Positions 17,711 through 28,025 of a DNA stretch of 64,000 nucleotides are shown here, one piece after another. The notes beneath the pieces were generated by a model. That model did not search any database and had not been told where the DNA came from. It saw only the letters and a list, made by a program, of their open reading frames with translations. The DNA is from an uncultured Solirubrobacterales bacterium (lineage in GTDB: Bacteria; Actinomycetota; Thermoleophilia; Solirubrobacterales; 70-9): positions 117,555 to 181,554 of the forward strand of contig CAVRKA010000001.1 of the NCBI GenBank assembly GCA_963722175.1, given 5' to 3'. The number at the start of each line of letters is the position of its first letter. The first letter of the stretch is position 1. The position numbers were made by a program, and so were the translations under genes.

Positions 17711-18559
17711 ATGCGCCCGGCTCTGGCATCGCTGCTCGCGCTTCTCGCCGCGCTCGCGCTCGGGCTGCTCGCCGGCTGCGGTGACGACGACGACGAGGGC
17801 GACCCCGGCGGCACGGAGCCGGCGATCAACGCGGCGGTGCCCACGGACGTCGACGAGGGCGACCCCGACGCGACCAAGACCCCGGAGGGCGCCGAGGTCC
17901 TCGACGAGTTCGAGGAGCTGCGCACCGCCGAGGGCGCCCCGAGCGTGCCGGCGATCCGCGGCTCGGCCGGCCTTTCGACCGCCGAGTGGATCCACACGGT
18001 CAACGGCGACGTCGCCAGCTACTGGCAGAAGCAGTTCAACGGCTCGGACTACCGCTACGCGCCCGCCGACGAGCTGATCTTCGACAAGAAGCTGAAGTCG
18101 GCCTGCGGGATCAAGGCGAGCCTCCGGACCGGGCCGTTCTACTGCACCGGCGACGAGGCGATCTACTACCCGGTCGTCTTCTTCGACCGGGTGCCCCAGC
18201 AGTTCGGCGACGCGGCGACCGCGGTCGTCGTCGCGCACGAGAACGCGCACCGCATCCAGGACCTGCTCGGGCTGTTCGACGCCCCGCGGATCATCTCGGC
18301 CCAGCTCGAGCTGCAGGCGGACTGCCTCGCGGGTGTCTGGGCGAAGACGGTCTACAAGCGCGGCCTGCTCGAGGAGGGCGACATCGGCGAGATCCTCGGC
18401 CTGGTCGAGGTCGCCGGCGATCCGACCGGCACCCCGATCAATGCTCCCGGCGCGCATGGCGACTCCGCGATGCGCCAGGCCTTCTTCGACCAGGGCTACA
18501 ACGGCGGCAAGCCCGGCACCTGTCCGGTGCCGCCGAAGAAGCAGCTCAACCGGGCGTAG
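17711..18559 (+). CDS. Putative neutral zinc metallopeptidase (YpfJ-like), lipoprotein
   Basis: Lipobox-like LLAGCGDDD. HExxH-type motif AHENAHRIQ. ...FYC.GD..IYY... resembles the Zn_peptidase (PF04228-like) family. Confidence 0.7.
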   Translation: MRPALASLLALLAALALGLLAGCGDDDDEGDPGGTEPAINAAVPTDVDEGDPDATKTPEGAEVLDEFEELRTAEGAPSVPAIRGSAGLSTAEWIHTVNGDVASYWQKQFNGSDYRYAPADELIFDKKLKSACGIKASLRTGPFYCTGDEAIYYPVVFFDRVPQQFGDAATAVVVAHENAHRIQDLLGLFDAPRIISAQLELQADCLAGVWAKTVYKRGLLEEGDIGEILGLVEVAGDPTGTPINAPGAHGDSAMRQAFFDQGYNGGKPGTCPVPPKKQLNRA

Positions 18560-19651
18560 CTAACCCTCGAGCAGGTCACGGACCTGCTTGCGGTGGCGCT
18601 CGACCGCCGGCTCGGCGTCCTCCAGCCCGGCGACGCGGCGCTTCGTGAACGCGAGCTCGGCCAGTTCGCGACACAGCGAGCTGGTCCCGTGGGCTCCCTC
18701 GAGGTCGCTCGCCCGCAGCTGGGCGAGCTCACGCCGGCAGCGGTTGGTGAAGCTGGCCGCGGTCGCCGCCTGCTCGGCGGTGATCAGGCCGCCGTCGACC
18801 TCGTCGGCGAGCTCCTCTCGGATCACCCGCCGCTGGTGGCGAAGCCAGAGTGCGATCCCGACGAAGAACAGGGCCACGTAGGCCCACGAGATCCACTTCA
18901 GCGCCTCGGCCGCGGAGTCCGCGGAGGCGTCCATGCGGTCGGCGAGGTCGACCGGGACCCCGATCACCAGGTACTCGTAGGTGGTCTCGAAGCCGTACTT
19001 GAGTGAGAGCAGGATCGGCTGGAGGCCGTTGTTGACAGCGTGCATGAGCATCGCGGCGGCGAGGCCGAGCGCCGGCCAGCCGATCCGTCCCCGCCAGGTC
19101 CGCGACGAGGTCGCGGCCCCGAGCCCGGCGCCGAAGGTGGCGGTCCAGATCGCGTGACGGAGCATCGCCGGCCCGAAGAAGTCCCGGCGGTCGACGAACA
19201 CCGAGAGCGCGTCGCCGACCCCCGAAACCCGCGCCTCGCGAAAGAAGTAGTAGAGGTCCTCGGTGAACGCGAACCCGATCCCGACCGCGGCGCCGTAGAC
19301 GATCCCGTCGGTGACCCCGTCGAACTCGAACAGGCCGTAGCGCCGACCGGCCCAGCGCGAGACGACGAACGCGATCACCAGGGCCAGGCCCTTGGCGAGC
19401 TCCTCGACGACCGGCGCCGAGATCGCCGGTCCGAAGACCGCGTCGACGTCGCGCGGCAGCTCGCCCTCCAGCGCCGTGTTGCCGAGCGAGGCTCCGATCG
19501 CGGCGACGATCGCCCCCCACAGGAACATCACCGCGCAGATCGCGATCGGCTCACGTTCGTAGAGGTCGAGGAAGCGGACCAGCAGGAGCGCGATCACGGC
19601 CTGCAAGAGGGCGTAGGCGAGGATCAGGTCGTCGGCGCCAAACGGATCCAT
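18560..19651 (-). CDS. PrsW-family intramembrane metalloprotease
   Basis: Multi-TM protein with the conserved EELAK motif (VVEELAKGL) and ...MLMHAVNNG... typical of PrsW/CPBP-like proteases. It has a cytoplasmic C-terminal extension. Confidence 0.75.
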   Translation of the reverse strand: MDPFGADDLILAYALLQAVIALLLVRFLDLYEREPIAICAVMFLWGAIVAAIGASLGNTALEGELPRDVDAVFGPAISAPVVEELAKGLALVIAFVVSRWAGRRYGLFEFDGVTDGIVYGAAVGIGFAFTEDLYYFFREARVSGVGDALSVFVDRRDFFGPAMLRHAIWTATFGAGLGAATSSRTWRGRIGWPALGLAAAMLMHAVNNGLQPILLSLKYGFETTYEYLVIGVPVDLADRMDASADSAAEALKWISWAYVALFFVGIALWLRHQRRVIREELADEVDGGLITAEQAATAASFTNRCRRELAQLRASDLEGAHGTSSLCRELAELAFTKRRVAGLEDAEPAVERHRKQVRDLLEG

Positions 19652-19678
19652 CCGGGCGCCTTATACACTCACGCGCCA

Positions 19679-20263
19679 ATGAGTCCCCTGGTCCCGATGG
19701 TGGTCGAGCAGACGTCGCGCGGCGAGCGCGCGTTCGACATCTACTCGCGGCTGCTCAACGAGCGGATCATCTTCCTCGGCACCCCGGTGACCGAGGACAT
19801 CGCGAACCTGATCGTCGCCCAGCTGATCCACCTCGAGTCCGAGGACCCGGACAAGGACATCTCGATCTACGTCAACTCGCCTGGCGGATCGGTGTACGCG
19901 GGCCTCGCGATCTACGACACGATGCAGTACATCAAGCCCGACGTGCAGACGATCTGCGTCGGCGTCGCGATGAGCATGGGCGCGCTACTGCTCGCCGGCG
20001 GCAAGGAGGGCAAGCGGATGGCGACCCCGAACTCGAAGATCCTCATCCACCAGGTCTCGGCCGGCTTCCAGGGTCAGGCGACCGACATCGAGATCCACGC
20101 GAAGGAGATCATCGACGTCCGGCGCCGCCTCGACGAGATCATCGCCAAGCACACGAACCAGCCGTTCGACAAGGTCACCAAGGACACCGAGCGCGACTAC
20201 TTCATGTCCGCGGAAGAGGCGATGGAGTACCACATCGTCGACCGCGTGATCGAGAACCACTAG
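19679..20263 (+). CDS. clpP: ATP-dependent Clp protease proteolytic subunit
   Basis: ATG at 19679 within ORF 19040..20263. ...[19 protein letters not shown]...[19 protein letters not shown]...MSMGA...IHQ... is the ClpP catalytic Ser/His context. Confidence 0.95.
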   Translation: MSPLVPMVVEQTSRGERAFDIYSRLLNERIIFLGTPVTEDIANLIVAQLIHLESEDPDKDISIYVNSPGGSVYAGLAIYDTMQYIKPDVQTICVGVAMSMGALLLAGGKEGKRMATPNSKILIHQVSAGFQGQATDIEIHAKEIIDVRRRLDEIIAKHTNQPFDKVTKDTERDYFMSAEEAMEYHIVDRVIENH

Positions 20264-20290
20264 CGCCTGGGACCGCCACGGCGGCGGGGT

Positions 20291-20731
20291 TCAGGGCGCG
20301 GCCCCGGGCGTCCGCGCGCGAACCCTGTAACGGATGGGAAAGCTGGCGTTCTGGCACTCATCCGGGGCCGTGGCGAGCAGCGTCACGGTGATCGGAATGC
20401 GGCGCGTGCGGCGGGGCCGAACCGACTTGCGGGCGCGCACGGGCTGCGCGTAGAGCATCGATCGCGGGCAGGCCGCGCTTGCGTCTCCGATCTTCACCTT
20501 CAACGACCGGGGCCTGACCCGCTTGGGGAGGTTGTTGCGGACCATCGCGTTGAGGACCGTCGGCACCCCGGGCTGCAGGTTCTCGACGCTCCCGGAGACG
20601 GTCAGGGCTCGGCGCTTTTTCGCTTGGTGGTGCACCGCCTCGTGACCGGTCAGGTTCGCGTACGCGAACGCCGCGGCGCTCAGCAGAAGCACCAGCGCGC
20701 ACGCTGTCGCCATGGGTCGCATGCCCCTCAT
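20291..20731 (-). CDS. Secreted hypothetical protein
   Basis: Start taken at MRGMRPMATACALVLLLSAAAFAYA (signal-like). No recognisable domain. It sits between clpP and clpX on the opposite strand. Confidence 0.45.
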   Translation of the reverse strand: MRGMRPMATACALVLLLSAAAFAYANLTGHEAVHHQAKKRRALTVSGSVENLQPGVPTVLNAMVRNNLPKRVRPRSLKVKIGDASAACPRSMLYAQPVRARKSVRPRRTRRIPITVTLLATAPDECQNASFPIRYRVRARTPGAAP

Positions 20732-20892
20732 GCTGAAGTTATCGGCCGAAACGGGAGATTCTGCAACTACTTCGCCGCGTGCAGGGGGATCGGGCGTGGT
20801 CGCGTAACAACATCGGGTCGAGCCGAGGGCGATCGTGTCGTAACCTGACACGTGGCGCCCCGGGACGGAAACGCCGAAGGGAGAACAGCGCA

Positions 20893-22182
20893 GTGGCACG
20901 CCCGACCGACTCCAACGAGCAGCTTCTTTGCAGCTTCTGCGGCAAGTCCCAGCGCCAGGTCAAGAAGCTGATCGCCGGGCCCGGGGTCTACATCTGCGAC
21001 GAGTGCATCGATCTCTGCAACGAGATCATCGACGAGGAGCTGACCGCTCCGCCCTCGTTCGAGCTCGAGAGCCTGCCGAAGCCGGTCGAGATCTACGACG
21101 TCCTGCAGGAGTACGTCGTCGGCCAGGAGACGGCGAAGCGGACGCTCTCGGTCGCCGTCTACAACCACTACAAGCGGGTCCAGATGATGCAGAGCGTCGC
21201 CGAGGGCGAGATCGAGCTGCAGAAGTCGAACATCATGCTGCTCGGCCCCACCGGCTGCGGGAAGACGCTGCTCGCTCAGACGCTCGCGCGGATCCTGAAC
21301 GTTCCCTTCGCGATCGCCGACGCGACGGCGCTGACCGAGGCGGGGTACGTCGGCGAGGACGTCGAGAACATCCTCCTGAAGCTGATCCAGGCCGCTGACT
21401 TCGATGTCAAGAAGGCCGAGACGGGGATCATCTACATCGACGAGATCGACAAGATCGCACGCAAGGCCGACAACCCGTCGATCACCCGCGACGTCTCCGG
21501 GGAGGGGGTGCAGCAGGCGCTGCTGAAGATCCTCGAGGGGACGACCGCGTCGGTCCCTCCGCAGGGCGGGCGCAAGCATCCGCACCAGGAGTTCCTGACC
21601 ATCGACACGACCAACATCCTCTTCATCTGCGGGGGCTCGTTCGCGCAGCTCGACAACGTGATCGAGCGCCGCATCGGGCGCCACGGGGTCGGTTTCGGCG
21701 CCGACCTGATCTCGAAGGCCGAGAAGGACACCGGCGAGCTGTTCGAGCAGGTGCTCCCGGAGGACCTGATCGAGTATGGGCTGATCCCCGAGTTCATCGG
21801 CCGGCTGCCGGTGGTCGCGGCGATCCACCAGCTCAGCCGCGACGACCTGATCACGATCCTGACCGAGCCGCGAAACGCGCTCACGAAGCAGTTCCAGCGC
21901 TTCTTCGAGTTCGACGACATCGAGCTCAGCTTTCAGGAGGACTCGCTGGGCGCGATCGCCGACAAGGCGCTCGAGCGCGAGACCGGGGCCCGCGGGCTGC
22001 GCTCGATCCTCGAGGAGACGCTGATGGACGTCCAGTTCGAGCTCCCCTCGCGCCGCGACGTCTCCAAGTGCGTCGTCACCAGGGACACCATCGAGCAGGG
22101 CCTGCGCCCGACCCTGGTCACCCAGACGCCGCCGGCCGAGCCGGCCGAGGAGCTCGGCGGCCTGCAGGAGGAATCGGCGTAA
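20893..22182 (+). CDS. clpX: ATP-dependent Clp protease ATP-binding subunit ClpX
   Basis: GTG at 20893 is preceded by GAAGGGAG. Zinc-binding N-terminus CSFCGKSQ...YICDECI. Walker A is GPTGCGKT. Also IYIDEIDKI and ...GARGLR.... Confidence 0.95.
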   Translation: MARPTDSNEQLLCSFCGKSQRQVKKLIAGPGVYICDECIDLCNEIIDEELTAPPSFELESLPKPVEIYDVLQEYVVGQETAKRTLSVAVYNHYKRVQMMQSVAEGEIELQKSNIMLLGPTGCGKTLLAQTLARILNVPFAIADATALTEAGYVGEDVENILLKLIQAADFDVKKAETGIIYIDEIDKIARKADNPSITRDVSGEGVQQALLKILEGTTASVPPQGGRKHPHQEFLTIDTTNILFICGGSFAQLDNVIERRIGRHGVGFGADLISKAEKDTGELFEQVLPEDLIEYGLIPEFIGRLPVVAAIHQLSRDDLITILTEPRNALTKQFQRFFEFDDIELSFQEDSLGAIADKALERETGARGLRSILEETLMDVQFELPSRRDVSKCVVTRDTIEQGLRPTLVTQTPPAEPAEELGGLQEESA

Positions 22183-22199
22183 CTAGACTCGCCGCCTCT

Positions 22200-24773
22200 A
22201 TGGACGAGGAGCGGCGCGCAAAGCTGGAGGCCACCACCCGCTGGGAGCCGGCGGAGGCCGAGGCGCGGATTTTCGCCGCCTGGGAGGCGAGCGGCGCCTT
22301 CGACCCGCCGGCGGAGGGCACCCCGGCGGAGAACTTCTCGATCGCGATCCCGCCCCCGAACGTGACCGGGGCGCTGCACATGGGCCACGCGCTCAACGGC
22401 ACCGTCCAGGACGTGCTGATCCGGCTGCGGCGGATGGAGGGCCGGAACTCGCTCTGGATCCTCGGCACCGACCACGCCGGGATCGGGACCCAGATGGTGG
22501 TGGAGAAGGAACTGCGCGCCGCCCAGGGGACCACCCGTCGCGAGCTCGGCCGCGAGGCGTTCGTGGATCGGGTCTGGGAGTGGCGACGCGAGTACGGCTC
22601 GCAGATCATCGAGCAGTACAAGCGGCTTGGCGCCTCCTGCGACTACGAGCGCGAGCGATTCACGCTCGACGAGGGCTACGTGCGGGCGGTCTACCGGGTC
22701 TTCGTCGAGCTGTACCGCAAGGGTCTGATCTACCGCGACGACTACATGGTCAATTGGGACCCGGGCACCCACTCGGCGATCTCAGAGCTCGAGGTCGTCA
22801 ACCGCGACGTCGAGGACGTCCTGTACGAGATCGACTATCCGGTCGAGGGCTCCGGCGAGGTGCTGACGATCGCCACCGTGCGCCCCGAGACCATGCTCGC
22901 CGACACCGGTATCGCGGTCCACCCCGACGACGAGCGCTACCGGCGGCTCGTCGGGGGCCATGCGATCCTCCCCCTGGTCGGCCGGCGGCTGCCGATCATC
23001 GCCGACGAGCATGTCGACCCCGAGTTCGGGACCGGGGCGCTGAAGATCACGCCGGGGCACGATCCGGCGGACTTCGAGATCGGCCGCCGCCACGGGCTCG
23101 AGGAGATCTCGGCGATCGGCGAGGACGGGCGGATGACGGCCGCGGCGGGGGAGGCCTATGAGGGGATGACGGTCGCCGAGGCGAACGAGGCGGTGGTCGC
23201 GGCGCTGCGCGCCGACGGCAGCGTGCGCGGCGAGCAGCCGTACGCGCATTCGGTCCCGTTCTCGGAACGCTCCGGGGAGCGGATCGAGCCGCTGATCTCG
23301 CTGCAGTGGTTCTGTCGCATGGACGAGCTCGCGTCCCCGGCGATCGAGGTCGTCGAGCGCGACGAGGTCCGGATCATCCCCGACAACTACAAGCGGGTCT
23401 ATCTCAACTGGATGCGCGAGATCCGCCCCTGGTGCATCTCGCGCCAGCTCTGGTGGGGCCATCAGATCCCGGTCTGGTACGGGCCTGACGGCGAGGAGAT
23501 CGTCGCCGAGTCGGAGGAGCTGGCCCGCGAGGCGGCCGCCGAGCGCGGCCTCGCTCCCGACTCGCTGACCCGCGAGACCGACGTCCTGGACACCTGGTTC
23601 TCCTCCGCGCTGTGGCCGTTCGCGACCCTGGGCTGGCCCGACGATACGGCTCATTTGCGGGCTTTTTACCCGACCAGCTTCCTGACCACGGCGCGCGAGA
23701 TCATCTTCCTCTGGGTCGCGCGGATGGTGATGATGGGGCTCGAGTTCGCCGGCGACGTCCCGTTTCGCGACGTCTACGTGCACCCCGTCGTCCAGGCGCC
23801 CGATGGGCGGCGGATGTCGAAGTCGCTGGGGACCGGGATCGACCCGCTCGACGAGATCGAGGTCCACGGCGCCGACGCGCTGCGGTTCGGGATGCTCGCG
23901 ATCTCCTCGACCCAGGACGTCCGCTACTCGCCCGACCGCGTCCGGCAGGGCCGTGACCTCGCCAACAAGCTCTGGAACGCGTCCCGGCTGGTGCTGCTGA
24001 ACGCCGGCGACGCCGAGCCGGCGCCACGAACAGAGCGGATCGAGGATCGCTGGATCCTGTTCCAGCTGGACTCCACGATCCGTGACGTGACCCGGCAGAT
24101 CGAGGAGTACGACTTCTCGCACGCGGCGCTCGGCTTCTACTCGTTCTTCTGGTCGGAGTTGTGCGACTGGTATCTGGAGATCGTCAAGCCGCGCCTCTAC
24201 GACGGGGACGAGGACGCGGCCGCGAACCTGCTCTACGTGCTCGAGCAGGTGTTGCGCCTCGCGCACCCGCTGATTCCGTTCGTGACCGAGGAGGTATGGG
24301 GATACCTGCCGGACCGCGGGGAGATGCTGCTCGTGTCCGAGCCGGCGCGGCGCGACGAGTCGCTGGTCGATTCGGCTGCGGCGCTCGCGGTTCAGAGCGA
24401 GATCGAGCTCGTCCGCCAGGTGCGTCGCTGGCGCGACCTGGTCGGCGTGCCGGCGGCGGCGGTCCTGGACGCGCGGATCGAGGGCGAGGTCAGCGAGTTC
24501 GTGCCGCGACTGGCGCGGCTCCGCCCGACCGACGGCGACGCCGAGCCGATCGCCGCGATCGGCGCGGTTCAGGTCCTCGCCTCCGACGAGATCGACGCCA
24601 AGCAGGTGGCGCAGCGGATCGGGGCCGAGCGCGAGCGGCTGCAAGGCGAGATCGAGCGCCTCGAGCGCAAGCTCGGCAACGACGGGTTCGTCGCCAAGGC
24701 CCCGCCCGAGGTGGTCGAGGCTGAGCGCGAGAAGCTCGGCGCCTACGAGGCCGAGCTCGCCGAGCTGGGATAG
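22200..24773 (+). CDS. valS: Valine--tRNA ligase
   Basis: ATG at 22200 inside ORF 22068..24773. It has a HIGH-type motif (PPNVTGALHMGHA), KMSKS (RMSKSLG) and a C-terminal coiled coil. Confidence 0.95.
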   Translation: MDEERRAKLEATTRWEPAEAEARIFAAWEASGAFDPPAEGTPAENFSIAIPPPNVTGALHMGHALNGTVQDVLIRLRRMEGRNSLWILGTDHAGIGTQMVVEKELRAAQGTTRRELGREAFVDRVWEWRREYGSQIIEQYKRLGASCDYERERFTLDEGYVRAVYRVFVELYRKGLIYRDDYMVNWDPGTHSAISELEVVNRDVEDVLYEIDYPVEGSGEVLTIATVRPETMLADTGIAVHPDDERYRRLVGGHAILPLVGRRLPIIADEHVDPEFGTGALKITPGHDPADFEIGRRHGLEEISAIGEDGRMTAAAGEAYEGMTVAEANEAVVAALRADGSVRGEQPYAHSVPFSERSGERIEPLISLQWFCRMDELASPAIEVVERDEVRIIPDNYKRVYLNWMREIRPWCISRQLWWGHQIPVWYGPDGEEIVAESEELAREAAAERGLAPDSLTRETDVLDTWFSSALWPFATLGWPDDTAHLRAFYPTSFLTTAREIIFLWVARMVMMGLEFAGDVPFRDVYVHPVVQAPDGRRMSKSLGTGIDPLDEIEVHGADALRFGMLAISSTQDVRYSPDRVRQGRDLANKLWNASRLVLLNAGDAEPAPRTERIEDRWILFQLDSTIRDVTRQIEEYDFSHAALGFYSFFWSELCDWYLEIVKPRLYDGDEDAAANLLYVLEQVLRLAHPLIPFVTEEVWGYLPDRGEMLLVSEPARRDESLVDSAAALAVQSEIELVRQVRRWRDLVGVPAAAVLDARIEGEVSEFVPRLARLRPTDGDAEPIAAIGAVQVLASDEIDAKQVAQRIGAERERLQGEIERLERKLGNDGFVAKAPPEVVEAEREKLGAYEAELAELG

Positions 24774-24834
24774 CGCCCTGGTCTGGAGCGCCGAACAGGG
24801 GGAGGCCTGGCTCGGCTCGCTGACGCCGCTCGGG

Positions 24835-26019
24835 ATGCGCTTCGGGCTCGAGCGAATCCGGCGGGTGGTCTCGGTCCTCGGGATGCCGCAGCACCGGTTC
24901 GCCTCGATCCACGTCGTCGGCACGAACGGGAAGTCCTCGGTCACCGAGATCACCGCGGCGCTGCTCGAAGCGCACGGGAGGAGCGCCGGCGCCTACCTCT
25001 CGCCGCACGACGAGCGCTGGCGGGAGCGGATCCGGGTCGGGGGCGCCGAGATCGACGACGCCGCGTTCGGGGCCGCTGCCGAGCGGGTCGCGCAGGCGGT
25101 CGAGGTCGTCGACCGCGCCCTCGACGAGGGCGAGTCGGTGACCCAGTTCGAGGCCGACACGGCGACCGCCTTCGTCGCCCTCGCCGCCGCCGGGGTCGAG
25201 GTCGGCGTGATCGAGGCGGGGCTCGGCGGCCGCCTCGACGCCACCAACGTGCTTCCCTCGCGGGTCACGGTGCTGACCTCGGTCGGGCTCGAGCACACCG
25301 AGTACCTGGGCGAGACCGAGCTCGAGATCGCGGCCGAGAAGCTCGCCGTGCTCCGCGACCACTCGAGCCTGGTGATCGGCCCGCTCGCCCCCGAGGTCGA
25401 GCAGCTGGCGCGGCGGACGGCGGTGGAGCGGAGCGCCCGGGTCGTTTCCGTGCGCGACCTGGCGCCGGCGGTCGAGCTGCCCGTCGACGCCCCGTACCTG
25501 CGCCGCAACTTCGCGGTCGCGCTCGCGGCGGCGGAGGCGGTGCTCGGGTCGCTCGACGCCGAGCGGGTGCTGGCGGTCGCCGCCGGGCTCGAGCTGCACG
25601 GCCGGATGGAGGTGATCGAGGGCGATCCGGCGGTGGTGCTCGACGCTGCGCACAACCCGGCCGGGGCGGGGGCGCTGGCGGAGGCGTTGCCGACGGTTGC
25701 CGGCGGACGGCCGGTGATCGCCGCGCTCGCGCTGCTGGCGGACAAGGATGCGGCGGGGTTCCTCGGAGCGTTGGGGCCGTCGCTCGCCGGCGTCGTGGCT
25801 GCCGAGATTCCGGCCGAGCGGTTGGCCCAGGCCGGGAGGCCGGGGGCGCGGGCGCTTCCGGCGGGCGCGCTGGCGTCAGTGGCGCGCGAAGCGGGGATTG
25901 GCTGGGTGGAGGAGGTGGTGGACCCGGCCGCTGCCGTCGAGCGCGCGCGCTCAGTCGCGCATGCCCAGGGCGGCGTGGCGCTCGTCACCGGCTCCCACTA
26001 CCTGCTCCATTACGCCTGA
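24835..26019 (+). CDS. folC: Bifunctional folylpolyglutamate synthase / dihydrofolate synthase
   Basis: 394 aa. P-loop VVGTNGKSS. Mur-ligase-like domains. The true start may be an upstream non-ATG codon, because in-frame ...EAWLGSLTPLG precedes the ATG. Confidence 0.85.
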   Translation: MRFGLERIRRVVSVLGMPQHRFASIHVVGTNGKSSVTEITAALLEAHGRSAGAYLSPHDERWRERIRVGGAEIDDAAFGAAAERVAQAVEVVDRALDEGESVTQFEADTATAFVALAAAGVEVGVIEAGLGGRLDATNVLPSRVTVLTSVGLEHTEYLGETELEIAAEKLAVLRDHSSLVIGPLAPEVEQLARRTAVERSARVVSVRDLAPAVELPVDAPYLRRNFAVALAAAEAVLGSLDAERVLAVAAGLELHGRMEVIEGDPAVVLDAAHNPAGAGALAEALPTVAGGRPVIAALALLADKDAAGFLGALGPSLAGVVAAEIPAERLAQAGRPGARALPAGALASVAREAGIGWVEEVVDPAAAVERARSVAHAQGGVALVTGSHYLLHYA

Positions 26020-26031
26020 CCGACGTCGAGA

Positions 26032-26066
26032 CACGAGTTTGTCGCGGGGGTCGCGACAAACTCGTG
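26032..26066. terminator. Bidirectional terminator-like hairpin between convergent folC and amidase genes
   Basis: CACGAGTTTGTCGCG (26032-26046) and CGCGACAAACTCGTG (26052-26066) form a perfect 15-bp stem with a 5-nt loop. Confidence 0.6.
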
Positions 26067-26068
26067 GT

Positions 26069-26734
26069 TCACCGGCGGAGGCGGTGGCGGAACTCCTTGA
26101 CGTCGCGCTTCAGCCAGTCGGTGTGGTCGTTGGTCCAGCCCTTGAGGTCCTTGAAGTAGGGGTCGTCGTTGGCCATCGAGTGGCCGATCACCTCGCCGGT
26201 GGAGACCTCGTAGCGGGCCTGGAGCCAGCGGACCAGGCGCAGCGCCGCGCCGACCTGCTTGCGGCGGTCGAGGATCTGCTGGTCGGCCCAGTGAGAGCCG
26301 CGGCCGGTCGCCTGGACCATCTCGATCCCGATCGCGACGTGATTGAGGCCGATCGTGTGGCGGCAACGGATTCGTGGCCGGACGAGCTCGTCGATGGTCC
26401 CGTCCTGCTCGATGACGTAGTGCGAGCAGACGCCGGGTCGTTCGCCCAGGTTGGGGGCGTTGGAGTCGAAGGTGCTCCAGACCGAGGTGTAGCTGTCGGT
26501 TGCGGTGAAGTGGAGCACGATCACCTTCGGGTCGCGCAGCCGCCACTGCTTGTCGCCGTAGTGGCGGCGCGAGTAGCCGGCCATCTCCGCCTTGCGGCCG
26601 TCGCCGTAGGAGATCGGGTCGTCGGTGATCGGCGGCTTCGGGGCGGCCGCCTTCCGGTCGGGTCCCGGACCTGCGAGGGCGCCCGCAGCGTAGATAGTGG
26701 CAATGGTCGCGACCGCCCAGATCAGCGCTCCCAT
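26069..26734 (-). CDS. N-acetylmuramoyl-L-alanine amidase (Amidase_2/PGRP-type), secreted
   Basis: Start at MGALIWAVATIATIYAAGALAG (signal/anchor). ...VIVLHFTAT......CSHYVIEQDGTI......HTIGLNHVAIGIEMV... is typical of the amidase_2 domain. Confidence 0.75.
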   Translation of the reverse strand: MGALIWAVATIATIYAAGALAGPGPDRKAAAPKPPITDDPISYGDGRKAEMAGYSRRHYGDKQWRLRDPKVIVLHFTATDSYTSVWSTFDSNAPNLGERPGVCSHYVIEQDGTIDELVRPRIRCRHTIGLNHVAIGIEMVQATGRGSHWADQQILDRRKQVGAALRLVRWLQARYEVSTGEVIGHSMANDDPYFKDLKGWTNDHTDWLKRDVKEFRHRLRR

Positions 26735-26805
26735 TCGCAGCCGGACCGGTTTCCGATTACCTTCTGTCTGGATTGGATCGAGGCGCACGTTCAGAGCTTC
26801 TCCAC

Positions 26806-26892
26806 ATGATGGGGCTGGTCGCGGCAGTTGTCGCGATCGTGATCCTGGTCTTCTTCGGCCTGGGTTACCTGTTCGGCAGGCTCTTCCTCTAA
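26806..26892 (+). CDS. Candidate 28-aa hydrophobic micro-ORF
   Basis: ATGATG...TAA encodes MMGLVAAVVAIVILVFFGLGYLFGRLFL, a single TM-like helix. It lies in the 190-nt gap upstream of the zinc-ribbon gene. No obvious SD. Confidence 0.25.
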   Translation: MMGLVAAVVAIVILVFFGLGYLFGRLFL

Positions 26893-26923
26893 GCCCGGCG
26901 CCAACTACACTGCCCAACCCTCA

Positions 26924-27634
26924 ATGACCGTAGCGCTATTCGGCATCACCAACGACGGGCTCAACCTGGCCGTCAACCTGCTGATCCTCTTTCTGGTCGT
27001 CCTCTGGCTGGCGCTGGTCGCCTGGACGTACTTCGACGCCCGGCGGCGGATCAAGGACCCGGTGCTGATCGCGTGCGCCACCGCGGCTTCGCTCTTCCCG
27101 TTCGTGGGCACGATCGTGTACTCGATCCTGCGACCGCCGGAGTTCCTGGTCGACAAGCGCGAGCGCGAGCTCGAGGTCCGCGCCTCGGAGCTGCGCGTGC
27201 GCCAGCTCGAGGAGGCCTCGTGCCCGAACTGCGAGCACCCGGTCGAGCGGACGTTCCTGCGCTGCCCGAGCTGCCGGGCGCGGATCAAGGACCCGTGTGA
27301 GTCGTGCGGAAAGCCGATCGACCCGCGCTGGTCGATCTGCCCGTACTGCGAGACGCCGCAGCGCCGCGCCGCCGTGCCGGAACGGCGCCCGCCGTCGACG
27401 CGGCGCGGGAAGACGGCCGACGTCGCCTCCCAGCCGCCGCCGACCTCGCGCCGGACGAGCTCGCGAACCACCTCGACGAGCCGGTCGAGCTCCGGCTCGC
27501 GCTCGAGCTCGAGCTCTTCGAAGGCGAGCGCGGACGGCGAGACGCAGCGCACCCCCTCCAGCAGCCGTTCGACGCGCTCCTCCCGCAGCAGCGAGGGCCG
27601 CTCCTCGCGTTCCTCCGAGAAGACCGGTGAGTAG
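26924..27634 (+). CDS. Membrane-anchored double zinc-ribbon protein with Ser/Arg-rich tail
   Basis: Two N-terminal TM helices (PLD-nuclease-N-like WLALVAW.YFDARRR...P.VG..VY), a coiled coil, then CPNCEHP...[17 protein letters not shown]...CPYCETP. The C-terminal about 90 aa are low-complexity S/R/T. Confidence 0.65.
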   Translation: MTVALFGITNDGLNLAVNLLILFLVVLWLALVAWTYFDARRRIKDPVLIACATAASLFPFVGTIVYSILRPPEFLVDKRERELEVRASELRVRQLEEASCPNCEHPVERTFLRCPSCRARIKDPCESCGKPIDPRWSICPYCETPQRRAAVPERRPPSTRRGKTADVASQPPPTSRRTSSRTTSTSRSSSGSRSSSSSSKASADGETQRTPSSSRSTRSSRSSEGRSSRSSEKTGE

Positions 27635-28025
27635 CACGCTGATCCTGATCAAGCCCGACGCCTTCGAGCGCGGGCTGACCGGGGAGATCCTCGCCCGCTT
27701 CGAGCGCAAGGGCCTGAGGATCACGCGGATGCGGCTGCTGACCGCGGACGAGGAGACCGCCAACGCCCACTACGCCGAGCACGTCGAGAAGCCGTTCTTC
27801 GGCGAGCTGGTCTCGTTCATCACCGGCGGACCGCTCGTCGCCCTCGTGCTCGAGGGTCACGAGGCGGTCACCGCCGCCCGCCAGCTGATCGGTTCCACCA
27901 ACCCGCTCGAGGCCGAGACCGGCTCGATGCGCGGCGACTACGGACTCGAGGTCACCTTCAACCTCGTCCACGGCTCCGACTCCGATGAGTCCGCCGAGCG
28001 CGAAATCGCGATCTGGTTCCCCTGA
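27627..28025 (+). CDS. ndk: Nucleoside-diphosphate kinase
   Basis: GTG at 27627 in ORF 27297..28025. [24 protein letters not shown]......AHYAEH..KPFF..L..F..GP.VA.V.EG......GSTNP.....GS.RGD......N.VHGSD covers the full Ndk signature. Confidence 0.9.
   Translation: MSSTLILIKPDAFERGLTGEILARFERKGLRITRMRLLTADEETANAHYAEHVEKPFFGELVSFITGGPLVALVLEGHEAVTAARQLIGSTNPLEAETGSMRGDYGLEVTFNLVHGSDSDESAEREIAIWFP

Noticed and set aside
22183-22199. Looked for T-box or other leader RNAs upstream of valS and leuS (62833-62874).
   Set aside because: Both aminoacyl-tRNA synthetase genes follow the preceding gene within 17-42 nt, so there is no room for a T-box leader.
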